This document shows positions 60,661-64,000 of a stretch of DNA of 64,000 nucleotides, piece after piece. The translations under genes and the position numbers were made by a program. The DNA comes from Actinomycetes bacterium. GTDB lineage: Bacteria > Actinomycetota > Thermoleophilia > UBA2241. Location of the stretch: NCBI GenBank assembly GCA_029547745.1, contig JAKPOQ010000076.1:1627-65626 (forward strand), in the 5' to 3' direction. The notes below the pieces were generated by a model. It saw only the letters and a list, made by a program, of their open reading frames with translations, searched no databases and was not told the DNA's origin. Every line of letters starts with the position of its first letter. The stretch's first letter is position 1.

Positions 60661-61695
60661 GCCGCCTCCTCGTCCCGCAGCCGGCGTGAGACGGCGACGA
60701 GGGCGTCGAGCTTGGCGCGGGCGGCGCCGCTAACGACTGCCGCCCGCGCCGCCTCGACGCCCTCGTCGATCCCCGAGGCACGCTCGGCGATGTACAGCGC
60801 GGCGCCCGCGTTGAGGAGCACGATGTCGAGATGTGGCCCCGGTTCGCCGTCGAGCACATGACGGAGCAGCGCGGCGTTCTCGGCTGCGTCTCCGCGGCGC
60901 AGCTCGTCGATCCGCGCCCGTCGCAGGCCGAACTGCTCCGGGGTGATCTTGTAGCGACGGTCGTAGCCCTGGCCGGCGAAGACCTCGACCACGGCCGTCG
61001 GTCCGGTCGTCGAGATCTCGTCGAGGCCGTCGTCGCTATGGACGATGAGGTTGCGTTGCGACCCCATCGTGCGCACCGCCGCGGCGATGCGGTCGACGTA
61101 GCCGCTGTCTGCCACGCCGATGAGCTGGTGCCTGGCTCCGGCCGGGTTCGTGAGCGGTCCGACGAGGTTGAACGTCGTCGCCATCCCGAGCTCCTGACGT
61201 ACGCCGGCGACATGCTTCATCGCAAGGTGGTGACGGGGCGCGAACATGAACCCGATCCCTGCCTCGGCGATGCACCGCGTCACCCCCGCCGGGGCGAGGT
61301 CGATGACGACGCCGAGCGCCTCGAGGACGTCGGCGCTCCCGCACCTGCTGGTCGCCGACCGGTTGCCGTGCTTGGCGACCGTCGCGCCTGCGCCGGCGGC
61401 GACGATGGCGGCCGCCGTGCTGATGTTGAACGTGCCCGCCTGATCGCCGCCGGTACCGCACGTGTCGAGGATGACGTCGGCGTCGACCTCGACCTTCTCG
61501 GCCATCTCGGTCATCGCCCGGGCGATGCCGACGATCTCGGCCGCGGTCTCGCCCTTGGCGCGCAGCAGGCTGAGGAAGGCGGCCGTCTGGGCTTCGCCGG
61601 CACGGCCGCCCATGATCTCGAGCACCACTGCCCGTGTCGTCTCCTCACCGAGGTCCGCACGCGCGGCCAGTTTGGCGAGGGCGGCGCTCAGCGTC

Positions 61696-61706
<11 letters not shown>
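60657..61706 (-). CDS. trpD: anthranilate phosphoribosyltransferase
   Basis: MPNETLSAALAKLAARADLGEE...AFLSLLRAKGET...DTCGTGGD...VAKHGNRSATSRCGSADVLEALG. ATG at 61706, in frame with the ORF-track entry 60657..62192. Confidence 0.92.

Positions 61707-64000
<2,294 letters not shown>

Overview
High-GC, Actinobacteria-like chromosomal window, mostly conserved core genes. On the + strand: part of a his operon (hisZ-hisG, hisB-H-A-F); tsaC/sua5-rpiB-dCMP deaminase-wecA-like transferase-atpZ-like gene; a complete F1Fo ATP synthase operon (atpI-B-E-F-H-A-G-D-C) followed by murA; a cell-envelope cluster (LCP protein, LCP-like paralogue, LAXTG-anchored small protein on the - strand, O-antigen-ligase/TPR protein, ugd, NDP-sugar pyrophosphorylase, phosphomannomutase, PGI/PMI); a SAM-recycling group (divergent PNP-like ORF, ahcY, mtnA); then a second NDP-sugar pyrophosphorylase, comF-hpf-secA-prfB, a GNAT, adenosine deaminase, a DEAD-box helicase and tRNA-Val(GAC). 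On the - strand: a complete trpE-G-D-C-F-B-A operon, with trpE running off the right edge. Three things stand out. (1) A ~15 kb, visibly lower-GC, 12-gene block (about 7.7-22.7 kb) sits between the atpZ-like gene and atpI, inside what is normally a contiguous atp locus. It has no integrase, transposase or tRNA. It encodes a soluble GAF/HisKA_3 kinase plus NarL-type regulator, two different permeases (APC and NCS1), a GlcD-like flavoenzyme, a GlcF-like Fe-S/CCG protein, an orphan 67-aa ORF, EtfB/EtfA, a fused cytochrome-b-like/HdrD-like membrane Fe-S oxidoreductase and a universal stress protein. I read this as an ETF-linked substrate-oxidising respiratory module with unknown substrate. (2) Short tandem duplications recur exactly at gene boundaries: stop-codon regions of hisB and hisF, the ribosome-binding/start region of trpB (triplicated, creating two coupled mini-ORFs), and the termini of trpA, trpG, trpE, a sugar nucleotidyltransferase and the helicase. 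(3) There are several annotation-relevant recoding or initiation features: the prfB +1 frameshift site, a probable non-canonical start for the wecA-like gene, and TATACT -10 boxes placed for leaderless or near-leaderless transcripts. Many long ORFs in the six-frame track are antisense or off-frame shadows of real genes, typical of high-GC DNA, and are not reported as features.
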